From positions 69,998,001-70,062,000 of the forward strand of contig NC_043004.1 of assembly GCF_006345805.1 (NCBI RefSeq): DNA of 64,000 bases. The letters are read 5' to 3'. The DNA is from Octopus sinensis (Eukaryota). The number at the start of each line of letters is the position of its first letter. The stretch's first letter is position 1. The notes beneath the pieces were generated by a model. It was not told the origin of the DNA, ran no database searches, and saw nothing but the letters and a program-made list of their open reading frames with translations. The translations under genes were made by a program, and so were the position numbers. Below, in pieces: positions 26,599 through 39,792 of the stretch.

Positions 26599-28558
26599 TG
26601 GCAGGCATGTTTTTAAAAAAATCTTTATTTTAATTTATATGTAGACGAGGAGTCAATAAGTTTGGTTGTTGTGAAGAATGTAATCAACTGATGTTGTGAC
26701 TTATATAACACACTCAATTGAAGAGTTATTACTCAAAATATCAGCTTTTCCCCTCCACCATAAAAGAAGAATTTATTGACATTAAAAAATTTTTTTGATC
26801 TTTTCCTTTTCATGGGCAGCTCAATTAATTAATTTTCTTTAACTAAACACTTTGAAACTTTGTATACTGGCAGAATGTGTCATATAGAACATCTTTTACT
26901 CTTAGCGTTGTTGAGAAAAGTTTCTATTTACAAAGTTATTTTGTGTTAAAGTTGTCGTATTTCCGTAATTTCAACCAATCCATGACGTGTATTCAGCTGA
27001 ATGAAATTACTGCCGTTGTTTGACAACAACTATCGGCGCTGTATATTTCGTTTGTCACTGTTATTTATGACAGTCGAATAGACATGTAAATAATTTAAAA
27101 AGGAAAAAAGAAAATCCTCAATGGAGTTTTTTAGGTGAAAAATTGCACAAATCTGTCTTGATTAAGAGGCTTATCTCTCAAGGAAGGCATGCTCTGACAT
27201 GGAATAAATAAAAATTTATATGACTTTCTATTGTAAAAATTACTTGGCAACGATGGGATATTCAGCTAATATATATATATATATATATGTTTGGTAAAAT
27301 AGAAAGATGAATAATCTTGTTGCAGATTAATCAAAAGTTTAACCGATACCTTGGTAGCAAAAATCACAGCAAAAATCATGTGTAGAATGCAATAAAAGGA
27401 ATTCTGTTCAATCTTCGTTCAACTCCATTTCTTCAATTCACTAATAATACTATATATATATATATATACACACACACATACAGACACTGATGTATATACA
27501 AATACAGAATGACATACACATCTGAGTAGACATGCATACATCCACAAACATGCAGCTACATATGCATCCAACCACACAAATACATAATTATATACACATC
27601 TAAGGAGACATGTATGTGTGTGTGTGTGTGTATTTTTTTTACATAAACACAGATGCATATGCATCCAACTAGACAAATATATGCACGCACGCACACACAC
27701 ACACACACACAAATACAAGGTTACATACATACATGCACACATAAATACAAAGCTAAATAAACTAACATACATACACGCACACACTACTAGCTAATTAATC
27801 ATATACACAGACACACAGTTAGACTGCACATCTAACGAGATACACGTACATACACAAACTAATGTCAGACCAGAAACCAGAGAGGGAAATAATTAGCCAC
27901 AATAACAATTAGAAAACCAAGACAAGAGAGGGGGGGGAGACAGGCAGGGAAAGAGGGAGAGAGAGAGAGAGACTGGGTGAGAGAGTTAGCAAAATGAGAA
28001 GGAGAGACTGATGGATTAGTGGAAAATATATTAAATAAAAACAGTGTGGTAGAGAGAGAAAGGAGATGGACATGAGATGAGAGGGAGAGAAGTAAGAGAG
28101 AAGAGGAAGGAGTGAGGGTGAAGGTGATGGCTGAAGTAGCTCTGAGGTGAATTACTCGTTTAGCTTGATCAATAACTGTGTCAATCATGACTTAAGAAGT
28201 TCCATTTAGGTAACTAGCAACACGTGAGTCAAATATAACCTGTAGCTTAAAGGACAAGCTGACATTCTCTGATAAAGTGCTAACAACGATGATGTCCAAC
28301 GCACACAAAGGTGTTGCTGTGCAGTAAGAAGTTTGCTTTCCAACCACATGGTTCTGGGTTCAATCCCACTGTATGGCACCTCGGGCAAGGGTCTTCTTCT
28401 ATAGCCCCAGGGCAACCAAAATCGTGTGAGTGGGTTTGGTACAGAGAAACTGAAAGAAGCCAACTGTATATACATGTGTGTGTGTGTGTGTGGATAGATA
28501 GAAAGACTGACAGACAGACAGATAGATAGATAGATAGACGGATGGATATATTTATGTA

Positions 28559-28777
28559 TACTCTTTTACTTGTTTCAGTCATTTAACTGCGGCCATGCTG
28601 GAGCACCGCCTTTAGTCGAGCAAATCGACCCCGGGACTTATTCTTTGTAAGCCCAGTACTTTTTCTATCGGTCTCTTTTGCCGAACCGCTAAGTTACGGG
28701 GATGTAAACACACCAGCATCGGTTGTCAAGCAATGCTAGGGGGACAAACACAGACGCACAAACACACACATACATAT

Positions 28778-28839
<62 letters not shown>

Positions 28840-29004
28840 TACGACAGGCTTCTTTCAGTTTCCGTCTACCAAATCCACTCACAAGGCATTGGTCAGCCCG
28901 GGGCTATAGTAGAAGACACTTGCCCAAGATGCCACACAGTGGGACTGAACCCGGAACCATGTGGTTGGTTAGCAAGCTACTTACCACACAGCCACTCCTG
29001 CACC
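28559..29004 (-). mobile_element. SINE family A, full length
   Basis: Same head, body and tail; expanded internal (TA)n. Confidence 0.9.
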
Positions 29005-29302
29005 TATGGGTACATATCATCATCATCTTATGGTAAACAGCAAACCATATATTTATCTGCTGGCATGTGCTGAGACTTGTCAGTTGGAATTAATTTAATA
29101 TACAAAATATAAAATTGTGAGGTTTAAAATAAGAATGAGCCCATTTGTTTTTCCTACTCCTGTACACTGGAACATGGAAAGCATCTGCTTTAACCCTTTA
29201 GCATTCGTGTTATTCTGTCAAATGTAATGATTATATAATCAAACTGTTTTGAATTAATCATGCATTACCTTGTACTTTTGAAATTTCAATGGTTTGATTA
29301 TT

Positions 29303-29695
29303 CTCTTTACTCTCTTTTACTTGTTTCAGTCATTTGACTGCGGCCATGCTGGAGCACTGCCTTTAATCGAGCAACTCAACCCCAGGACTTATTCCTTTGT
29401 AAGCCCAGTACTTATTCTATCGGTCTCTTTTGCCGAACCGCTAAGTGACGGGGACGTAAACACACCAGCATCGGTTGTCAAGCAATGCTAGGGGGAGAAA
29501 CACAGACACACAAACACACATATACATATATACGACAGGCTTCTTTCAGTTTCCGTCTACCAAATCCACTCACAAGGCATTGGTCGGCCCGGGGCTATAG
29601 CAGAAGACACTTGCCCAAGATGCCACGCAGTGGGACTGAACCCAGAACCATGTGGTTGGTTAGCAAGCTACTTACCACACAGCCACTCCTGCGCC
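29303..29695 (-). mobile_element. SINE family A, full length
   Basis: Same head, body and tail. Confidence 0.9.
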
Positions 29696-30340
29696 TGATT
29701 GTTAATATTTAGAACTACATTGCTGGGTAGCTGTGCAAAGCCAGATCTGATCAGTTTGAACATAAAATAGGTACAATATTTGGGTCTGATATGGCCGGTT
29801 TAAATGCTAAAGGGTTAACTGTATTCGTCAGACTACCAAACACAGTGTTTCTGTGTGGTTTTGCCTCTTCAGTAGCAACTACCAGCTCAATTATTTGGAG
29901 CTAAACTGGAACTTTTGTACCTGTATCGCTACTATAAATAATTCTAGTTTGGCAGGCCTCAGCACATATTGCAAAAGTATTGTTTGCTGTTTTCTATTTT
30001 AGGTGTCATTTAATTAATGAGAAGTACAAATACGTAAATGCTATTGATTAAGGGGAAAAAAAACTGGGTTTTTTTTTTAAGAAGCAGCCAAACAAATCAT
30101 GGAATAATCCATCTAGAGATTTCTTCCCTTTTTTAGCACAAAAAACATAAAAAGGAATATCTTTATATAGTTTTTATTTCACCTACATCTAGGCTAATAT
30201 GTATTCATGTGTGATCAAGTGACTGACCAGACTCTTTGGATGCTGTTATTTATTGCTAGTCACACTGCACTTTGCATCATTTTGGCTTTCAAACGATGTC
30301 ACTCTGCTGGCTAGGGAGCAGTCCAATATATATATATATA

Positions 30341-30739
30341 GGTACAGGAGTGGTTGTGTGGTAAGTAGCTTGCTACCAACCACATGGTTCCGTGTTCAGT
30401 CCCACTGCGTGGCATCTTGGGCAAGTGTCTTCTACTATAGCCCCGGGTCGACCAATGCCTTGTGAGTGGATCTGGTAGACGGAAACTGAAAGAGGCCTGT
30501 CGTATATATGTATATATATATATATATATGTGTGTGTTTGTGTGTCTGTGTTTGTCTCCCTAGCATTGCTTGACAACCGATGCTGGTGTGTTTGCGTCCC
30601 CGTCACTTAGCGGTTCGGCAAAAGAGAATAAGTACTGGGCTTACAAAGAATAAGTCCCGGGGTCGATTTGCTCGACTAAAAGGCGGTGCTCCAGCATGGC
30701 CACAGTCAAATGACTGAAACAAGTAAAAGAGTAAAAGAG
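30341..30739 (+). mobile_element. SINE family A, full length
   Basis: Same head, body and tail. Confidence 0.9.
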
Positions 30740-31253
30740 TATATATACACACACACATTAGGGTGGAGCATTTTTTTCACGATTTTCAATTTCATGATGC
30801 AGGTAGTGTGGAAAAGTTGTGAATAGACATTAAAATAACTGGGGTAAAATCTTAGAACTCTGCAACAATATCTTCTGTCTCCAGAAATGCATTAAAAAAA
30901 TGGAAAAAGTGCCAAAAAATAGCTCTACTTATTTTTTTAGCTATAAAATTCAGTTTCCATTGCATCCTTTTGGGGTATCTTCTAAATGACTGTGAAGTTA
31001 CTCTAAAATATGTTTTTTTTTTCCGTGACTTTATCTTCCGTCTCCATGAGGAGGGACAGGAGCATACTGTAATTTACATCTACATGAAAAATTTTCTGAA
31101 TTCAATGATTTATGATATTTTTGCATATTTTGAGGCGTTTGTGGGAGCAGAAGATGAAATCACAGACAAAAACATGTTTAAGTCATATTTTAGAGTAATT
31201 TCACCAGTCATTGAAAAGCTACCCAGAGAGGATGAAAGGAAAACTGTATTTTC

Positions 31254-31830
31254 ATCATCATCATCGTTTAACATCCACTTTCCATGCTAGCATGGGTTGG
31301 ACGGTTCAACTGGGGTCTGGGAAGCCCGAAGGCTGCACCAGGCCAGTCAGATATGGCGGTGTTTCTACAGCTGGATGCCCTTCCTAACGCCAACCACTCC
31401 ATGAGTGTAGTGGGTGCTTTTTATGTGCCACCGACACAGGTACCAGACGAGGCTGGCGAACGGCCACGCTCGGATGGTGTTTTTTTACATGCCACCGGCA
31501 TGGAGGCTAGGCGAGGCTGGCACGGCCACGATCGGATGGTGTTTGTTACGTGCCACCAGTACGGAGGCCAGTCGATGCGGAGCTGGCTACAGCCACGTTC
31601 GGACGGTTCTCTTATGTGCCACCGGCACTGGTACCACAAACTACAAATTCCATTGATGTGGATCGATTTCGATTTTGATTTGATTCTTTGATTTTGATTT
31701 TGATTTTCACTTGCCTCAACAGGTCTTCACAAGTAGAGTTATGTGTCCCAAGAAGGAAGGTATGCACAGGTGGACTGACTACGTCCCAGGTAGGGACCAT
31801 GGGTTATGGCCTCACTTAACCCGTGGCCCC
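31254..31830 (-). mobile_element. Family B element, near full length (leader + gatttt spacer + VNTR + RTE-like 3' end)
   Basis: Extends past the VNTR into a (gatttt)n spacer and a GC-richer leader. Confidence 0.75.
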
Positions 31831-31908
31831 TACCTGGGACATAGCTAATAAATAAGCAGAGGTGTTTTTTTATACCACTTTTCGATGCATTTGTGGAGAA
31901 AGAAGATA

Positions 31909-32770
31909 TGTGGTCTGATCAATAAATATCCGGACTGTTGCCAGAGTAACAAAGCTAAAGCATGCACAGATTGACCTTTAACTCAGCTGTACATGCGCAC
32001 TAAGTTTTAACATTCTAGCTCACTTCTGCTGTTTACAGCAGGGCTTGGCAGGAACGTGTGTAGTGTGTGATCATCACATTGACCATGACAGAGAAAGTTG
32101 AGCAGAGAATCTCCATCAAATTTTACCAAAAGCTTGGTGATACCTGGTGAGAAGCCTACGCAAAGTTTTCAAAAAGTTTTCATCATTCTTGACACAATCA
32201 AAGAGATCTTGTGCAACTGAAACCCAAGTGTCTTTTTGGTCAGCTGAAAGCAGTTTTGGCACAAAATTGGAAGACATGTATCTCATATCCAAATCTTCAG
32301 TGATGATGGACTGAACCAAACCGTAACTAATCTGCACATCCTCGGATAACTCACAGATGGTGATTCGATGATTTCCCCTCACAGTTGCACATGCATCTGT
32401 AATGTTTTTCTCAGTTCTGCAGGTTGTGGGTCTCCCGGAATGTTTGTCAATATAGACATTTTTTTTACCATCTTGGAAACATTTGAACCACTCATACACT
32501 TGTGCGTGCCTCATACACTTTCTGCAATTTTGCATAGGCCTCTGAGCAAGTATCTCAACATAACTTTCTCTTTCATGGTCCATGCAATGACCACACACTA
32601 CACATGTTCCTTCCAAACACTGCTGTAAACAGTGGAAGTGAGCTAGGGCATTAAAACTTAGTGCACAGGCACAGCAGAGTTCAAGGTCAATCTTTGCCAA
32701 GCAGCTTCACTCTGTATGCTTTACCTTTGTTATTATGGCAACATTCCAGATACTCAGTGATCAGACCTTG
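31909..32770. mobile_element. Defective mariner (Mos1/SETMAR-like) element built from two inverted 5' ends
   Basis: TA-flanked TIRs (ggtctgatca...gttgcc). A decayed transposase N-terminus reads on the minus strand (VYEWFKCFQDG...HSGRPTT...NHRITICELSEDVQISYG...SSNFVPKLLSADQK), and a second start MTEKVEQRISIKF reads on the plus strand at about 32086. Confidence 0.85.
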
Positions 32771-33054
32771 TATTGATGCAGAGTTTTAAGATGTTACGCC
32801 AGTTATTTTGATGTTCATTCACTTTTCTGTACTACCCCCATCATGAAACTGAAAACTGTGAAAAAATGCTCCACCTTACACACACACACACACATACATA
32901 CATCAGTATATATCTATCTATATATAAGTATATATATATATATATATATACCGGAGTAAACACATAAATGTGAAACAAGGTGGAAAAAAGAGTACTCAAA
33001 TACCAGTGGTAGAGTAATATGCTTTATTTAAAGCAGCAGAAAATTCAACAAAAC

Positions 33055-33092
33055 CTGTTACTCTGAGTTTCACGTTTCCGTTCGTCGGACAG
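33055..33092 (-). ncRNA. Minimal type I hammerhead ribozyme motif (Penelope-associated), U4C core variant
   Basis: Minus strand CTGT-CCGACGA-ACG GAAA CGT-GAAAC TCAGA GTA-ACAG: stem I CTGT/ACAG, stem II ACG/CGT with a GNRA loop, palindromic stem III ACTC-A-GAGT and a GUA cleavage triplet. Confidence 0.7.
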
Positions 33093-33149
33093 TTTTTGCT
33101 AGCAAAACTGTAACAGGTTTTGTTGAATTTTCTGCTGCTTTAAATAAAG

Positions 33150-33180
<31 letters not shown>

Positions 33181-36100
33181 TTATTCATATTTTTAAAAAT
33201 TGTGAAAAAATGCTCCACCCTATATATATATACACATATATCAGTATATATACCTATATGTAAGTATATATATATGTGTGTGTGTGTGCATTTGTGTGTG
33301 CATTTGTGTGTGTGTGTGTATATTCATATTTTTAAAAAAATTTTATTCATGTATTTCAACCACAAAATTACAACTTATTAAAAACTACAATCAGGTAGAG
33401 GAGAGAATAAAACATTTATGATGAAGGATCCGTGACAAAGACTAAAGTTGATGGCAAGGTATCAAGGAACTCACATGGTTCTCACAGATGAAACAACAGA
33501 AGAAAGAAAAAAAATTCTTCTACTATACACACATTGCCTGAAATTTCAGTGGATGGAGCAGGATAGTTGATCTCACACAGCCCAGTGCTTAACTGGTACT
33601 TATTTTATCGACCTTGAAAAATTAAACAGATGTCGACTCCAGGAGAATTTGAACTCAGAATGTTAATCTGGAGGAAACGAATCTAAGCATTTTGTCTGGC
33701 ATCCTAACAACTCTTCCAGCCAGACAACCACATCATTACCACTAACTTACAAAGCAGTGGTTTACACAACACTGGTGCTATTGTCTATTCATGAGCATTG
33801 TAATTAAGAGTTAATGTGTATAGGCATAACAGGTATAGCAAGATTTAATGAATGCATTGGAATTGATAATTTACTTTGTGGTGTTTATTATACTATATTG
33901 ATGGTTTTTATTAGTTATTAAGTTTATTAAGGCAGCAAGCTGGCAGAATCATTAGTGTGCCAGACAAAATGCTTTGCAACATTTCTTCCAGCTCTTTACA
34001 TTCTGAGTTCAAACTCTACTGAGATTGACTTAGGTTTTTATCCTTTCGGGAATCAATAAAATAAAGTAGCAGTCAAGCACTGGGGTTGATATAGTCAACT
34101 TACTCCCTACTCTTAAAACTGATGGTCATGTGCCAAGATTTGAATTATTTACAAGTTTATCAAAAACTTCAAGGATGTCACATTTTTAAGAGATTTCATT
34201 ATCATCATCATCATTTAAAGTTAACTTTTGCAGGTCTTCCCGAGTCAGATGGAATTTGTTGCAGCAGATTTTCTATGGTTGGAAGCCCTTGCTGTCACAA
34301 ACCCTCACTTGTTTCTAAACAAGGTAATATTGCCCCATACCCAGACACATTTTTCACAGGAGATTGGAAATAAACAACCTCACTTGTACAACTGTGAAGC
34401 TTATTTACAACCACTATGTGATGTCAAGACAGATGTACACACAAACATACATATTCTTTTATTTTTTTACTTGTTTCAGTCATTTGACTGCAGCCATGCT
34501 GGAGCACCACCTTAAAGGGTTTTAGTCAAAGAAATCAACCCCAGGACTTATCTGTATGCCTAGTACTTATTCTATTGGTCTCTTTTGCTGAACAACTAAG
34601 TTACAGGGGCAAGCGATGGCAGGGGTACAAAAACATAGACACACGCACATATGACAGGCTTCTTTCAGTTTCCGCCTACCAAATCCACTCACAAGGCTTT
34701 GGTCGGTCCAAAGCTATAGTAGAAGACACTTGCCCAAGCTATCACTCAGTAGGACTGAACCCAGAACCATGTGGTCGGGAAGCAATCTTCTTACCACACA
34801 GCCATGCTTGCACCTATATACATGTATATGGTATGCTTCTTTCAGTTTCCATCAACCAAATCCATTCACAAGTCATTAGTCAGCCAGGGTCAACTATAAT
34901 TGAAGACCCTTGCTCAAGTAGAAAGCACTCAACCACCAAGTCATATAATTTTTGAAAGGAAATGTAACTATGCCTGAGTGTTGGGAAGCCTTTTGCAAAA
35001 TATGTCCAAAGACATTTGGCTCAAGCAATGTTGTTTGGTAACCCTGGAGCTAATTTTAGAAATTCAGGCAAAATGCCATGATGAAAATTATTGAAGAATT
35101 TGAATTTGTGCAAGTGTATACATGTCTGAGAAACTTAAAAACTTGGATATTTCTAGACAGATTAGTCTATCCAGATACTACTGTCCCACTCCTCCTCCCA
35201 TCACCCTTGACATGTCCACTACCCTAGGACCTACACTAATCACTCTGCCCTATCTTTTGTCCCAGGCCCACAGGAATTCTTTCCCTGTTCATGTGATTCA
35301 TGTAGGTGTTGACTTATGAAGGTTCAAAAGGACCATTAATGACATCACAGTCACCAATTTAAGAGGACCTACAAAAACCAAAGGAGATACTGGGCACTGC
35401 CTCTTCCCCTAGACCCCCCAGTGACCAAAAAAAACATTAAAAAAAATATCCACAGTTTTACAGGTGGAGGCATGGCAGTGTGGTAAGAAGCTTGCTTACC
35501 AACCACATGGTTCAGAGTTCAGTTCCACTTTGTGGCACCTTGGGCAAATGTCTTCCACTATGACCTTGGGCTGACCAAAGCCTTGTGAGTGGATTTGGTA
35601 GGCAGAAACTGAAAGAAGCCCATTGTGTGTGTGTGTGTGTATTTGTATTTATGTATGCATGCAAGCGTGGATTTTTGAGTCTGTTTCCACCACCACCACA
35701 CCACTTGACAACTGGTGTTGGTTTGTTTTGTCCCTGTGACTTAGCAGTTCAACAAAAAAAAAATCAATAGGATAAGTACCAGGTTTAAAAAAAAAAAAAG
35801 CACTGGAATCAATTCATTCAACTGGAACTCTTTGGGGCAGTGCCCCAGCCTAGTTACAGTCTAGTGACTGAAATGAGTAAAAAGTAATTTTTTAAAATTC
35901 TATTTCTTATCCAAAACTAGTCTTGGGACTCTGCTTCAGTAATTTTAGAATTTACTTGAATAATGAAGCCCCACTTCACGACCCCAAATAATATCAGAGT
36001 TGACATGACAACTAATGAGATTGATGTATACTTGGAAGCACATGTCTAGGAAAATTATTTTTCCTGAGAAATAAGGTACTAATAATACTGATTATTCACC

Positions 36101-36230
36101 TATAGGTTAGATCAGGGGCTGGCAAACTTCTTATATGCCACTGACCCCCTTCATGGAATTGTCGACAAATTATTGACCCTTACCCAAGGGGTAAGGGTCA
36201 ATACATATGCATGCATGTATGTGTATGTGT

Positions 36231-36261
<31 letters not shown>

Positions 36262-36504
36262 CATGTGTGTGTATATATGTATGCATGTGTGTATGTATAT
36301 ATAAAATGTAGGCATATATGTGTATATATATATATATATCATCATCGTTTAGCGTCCGCTTTCCATGCTAGCATGGGTTGGACGGTTCAACTGGGGTCTG
36401 GGAAGCCAGAAGGCTGCACCAGGCCTAGTCAGATCTGGCAATGTTTCTACGGCTGGATGCCCTTCCTAACGCCAACCACTCCGTGAGTGTAGTGGGTGCT
36501 TTTT

Positions 36505-36543
<39 letters not shown>

Positions 36544-38014
36544 ACATACATATGTATGCACACACATCACACACACATACACAGATATATATATATATAT
36601 GTATGCACGCACACACACACACATATATATAGAGAGAGGGCCTACCAATGCCACCATGGAAAGCAGATGATGATGATGATGACAATGACAACGACGAAGT
36701 TCATGTAAAAATATTTAGTCAAAAGCACAAGATATAGGAAAAGCAGCACCATAATAATAATAATAATAATAGTAAGAATTTTTTTAAAATGTACTCCAAG
36801 GAGGGGGAAGCTGTTTCTTAGGAGCAAGAAAATAATTCTCCTGGGTAGAGCCTTATCTCTTAGAATCCAGCATGGTGCTTGAAAAGAACACACATAAACT
36901 GAAAGATAAAAGGTAAGAATAACAACAGTTTCTTCTATCATTTTAGAAAAGGTATTTTATTCAACTGAATCTCCTGGTGGGCTATGGGTCACACAGTGAG
37001 CTTTTACTGCTAGAAATAGCAACCAAATTTCCATGATATCACCCAAACATTTTTTAACAAAAAAGGAAGGACACATATTAGATAATGTTGTCTTAACCAC
37101 CCACCACATCAAAAAAATTTTAAGATATAAAATAAAATCAAAAACAGACAACCTATTGGAATGGTCACAACAGGAATGTCTTTAATATCATAGGTTTGCT
37201 CAGTGAAGGTTAATGATATGTGGCTAAGTGACAATTAGGAAACAGGAGCAGAACATTTATTTGTGAGTGTGTGTGTGTGTGAACAGGAAAGGGGTCTAGA
37301 CCTTAAAAAACAATACATTGGACTTCATGATCAAAAATCCTTGAACCTGACAGACTGACCCAGTAACTCTGTCCTTCGCAAAGTTCTAGAATTAAAGCAG
37401 TCTCCGAGATCTTCAGCATGTGTGAATAAACCACTATTCTATTTGTATAAGGATAAACATTAAAAAAAAGGATGAAAAATAACAAAATACAGCAGTCCAC
37501 TGCTGAATGTATTTTTCATCATACCTGAAGGTTTTTGGTCACCACTATTAACTCCTTTGTACTGCAGCATTAACTGGATACTGACCATGTGTTTTGCCAG
37601 TTTGAACCGACTGGTGCAATGTGGAGTAAAGCATCTGACACAAGGATATAATGCACCTCTCAGACCAGGAACGAAACTGATGAGCTTATAACTGGGAGTG
37701 TAGTTGCTTCACCATTAGACTATGTCCCTCCTCATTAACATTAGTAAATTATGATAATGAGATGGAAGGTTAAAGGTGATGAGCTGGCTGAATTGTTACC
37801 ACACTGGACAAAATGCTTAGTGGTGCTTCTTCTGGTTTTACATGCTGAGTTCACATACTTGCTTCCTGACCATGTGGTTTTGGGTTCAATCCCACTGTGC
37901 AGGACTTTGGGCATGTGGCTTCTGCTATAACCTCAGGCTGACCAAAGCCTTGTGAGTGGATCTGGTCAAAGGAAACTGAAAGAAGCCCATTGAATTTGTA
38001 CAAAGAGGTATATA

Positions 38015-38247
38015 CAGGGTTGGCCAAAAGTCACCCGACAGTAAATCAAAATTCCATAAATACTATCGGTAATTCTGTATTGATCCGAATGGAAAAATGT
38101 GTCACTCAAGAAGGATTTCGGTTTGAATAATTTTCATGATGTTTCATATTTAGATGCTTGTATTAAATTCGTTCAGTTGGTAAACATAAATAAATCTTGG
38201 AATTAAATGGTTCTGATTTACTGTCAAGTGACCTTTGGCCAACCTTG
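38015..38247. mobile_element. Tc1/mariner MITE
   Basis: TA|cagggttggccaaaagtcacccgacagtaaatca ... tgatttactgtcaagtgacctttggccaaccttg|TA. The interior encodes a transposase C-terminal remnant RMEKCVTQEGFRFE*. A second copy lies at about 41670-41904. Confidence 0.85.
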
Positions 38248-38402
38248 TACATGTGTTTGTGCATACCATTGTCTTGACAGCTTAAGTGATGTTTATTTCT
38301 AGTCTTCTGTGAAAGACAAGTCAGGCTATGGGGGAAATGTTACCTTACTTAGAAACAGGTGAGAGCTGGCAACAGGAAGTGCATCTGGTTGTAGAAAATA
38401 CC

Positions 38403-38620
38403 TATTTCTTTATTACCCACAAGGGGCTAAACACAGAGAGGACAAACGGATTAAGTCGATTATATCGACCCCAGTGCGTTACTGGTACTTATTTAATTGA
38501 CCCTGAAAGGATGAAAGGCAAAGTCGACCTCGGCGGAATTTGAACTCAGAACGTAACCGCAGACGAAATACCACTAAGCATTTCGCCCGGCGTGCTAACA
38601 TTTCTACCAGCTCTCCACCT
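38403..38620 (-). mobile_element. tRNA-like SINE family C
   Basis: Sense strand ggtggagagctggtagaaatgttagcacgccgggcgaaatg...gagttcaaattccgccgaggtcgactttgcctttcatcctttc; A box and B box (GTTCAAATTC) are present. Confidence 0.8.
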
Positions 38621-39059
38621 TAATTTTGAAAATACTAAATGTAGAAAATACCATTTAGTATCCGCTTTCCATGTTGGCATGGGTTAGACAGGAACTGGTA
38701 AGCTGGAGAGCTACACAAGTTCCAGTCGAATTTGGCATAGTTTCTACAGCTGGATGCCCTTACTAACACCAACCACTCCAGGTGCTTTCATATGTCACTA
38801 GAACAAATGCCAGTTATGTGACACTGGCACCAGCCATGATTACGATTTCACTTGGCTTGTTAAAGGATGATGATATACAGGTACAACTTCTACTTTTAAA
38901 CGACATCATTTCATACTACAAACATTGTACAAAAGAAAAGGATGGATGCCAACTACTACTTTTAATTTTCAGGGGCAGGTTTATCTTTTGGCTGGTTCTC
39001 TTTACTCCTTAGAGTAAAGAGCCAAATTTCAGTGCTGGGTGAAGGTGCTTCCTTCAGTT

Positions 39060-39290
39060 AGCTTCTCTATAAAGATGAAACAATATATTCAGGTTGAGAA
39101 TGACAACTCTGATTAGAATGATAAATAGGATAACCAAAAGAATTCCACAAGGATCAACTTTCAGCCCTGTATTGTTTGCAATTTAATTTTATCATGCTAT
39201 ATGACATACCACGTGGAATTTACAATGATGCTGGTAAATGATACTAAAACATATCTAATACCAACCAGTGCCAAAACTACATTCCAAAGA
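39060..39290 (+). pseudogene. Decayed CR1/L2-type reverse transcriptase fragment
   Basis: Residual motifs KQYIQVENDNS, IPQGSTFSPVLFAI and MLVNDTKTY (from ADDTK), with stops and frameshifts. Confidence 0.7.
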
Positions 39291-39642
39291 CTAAGATTCT
39301 GGTTTGAGGTAAGAAAATAGTTCAGCCCTAATCTGCACAGCACATATAATCCATGTTAGTGTTCTGTTGATAAGCAGGCCAGTGCTGTGGCCACAAAGGC
39401 TGCAAACAAATGCTTGAGACTATCAACTATCCACATGTTGTAGGTTCACAGTTAATCTGCGATTACTCAACAGCAAACCAAAGCAACCCACCCACAAGAA
39501 AAAAAAAAAAAAGAAAAGACTATCTGGCTGATTGGCAAAACCTCACTCAGTAATACCCTTGAACCACTAAACCAGCGAGATAACCTCTATGTGGTCACTC
39601 AATTTGCTAGAAATAGCAGCCAATAATGATGTAGTCATAGAT

Positions 39643-39792
39643 CAGTGGTTCCCGACCTGTGGTCTGCAATGGTAGAACTAAATTCAAAATTTCATATATA
39701 TATACAAAAGCATAAGCATATTTAAAGGGGTCTGTGGGAGAACTCATTTAAATAAAAGGGGTCCTTCATAGTGAAAAGGTTGGGAACCACTG
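39643..39792. mobile_element. hAT (Charlie-like) MITE
   Basis: TIR cagtggttcccgacct / aggttgggaaccactg with 8-bp TSD tcatagat / ttctagat resembling the NTCTAGAN target. A related left end lies at about 61023. Confidence 0.8.

Larger units (their letters stand above)
30761..32876. mobile_element. Non-autonomous TIR DNA transposon (TA TSD, about 110-bp TIRs starting GGGTGGAGC) carrying nested insertions
   Basis: 30761-30870 and 32771-32876 are inverted repeats flanked by TA. The element contains an internal IR (30998-31198), a family B element and a mariner derivative. Superfamily not assigned. Confidence 0.7.

Noticed and set aside
32116-32700. Functional mariner transposase (195-aa ORF)
   Set aside because: The 5' part is out of frame with the true start, the catalytic DD34D domain is missing, and the element is a deletion/inversion derivative.
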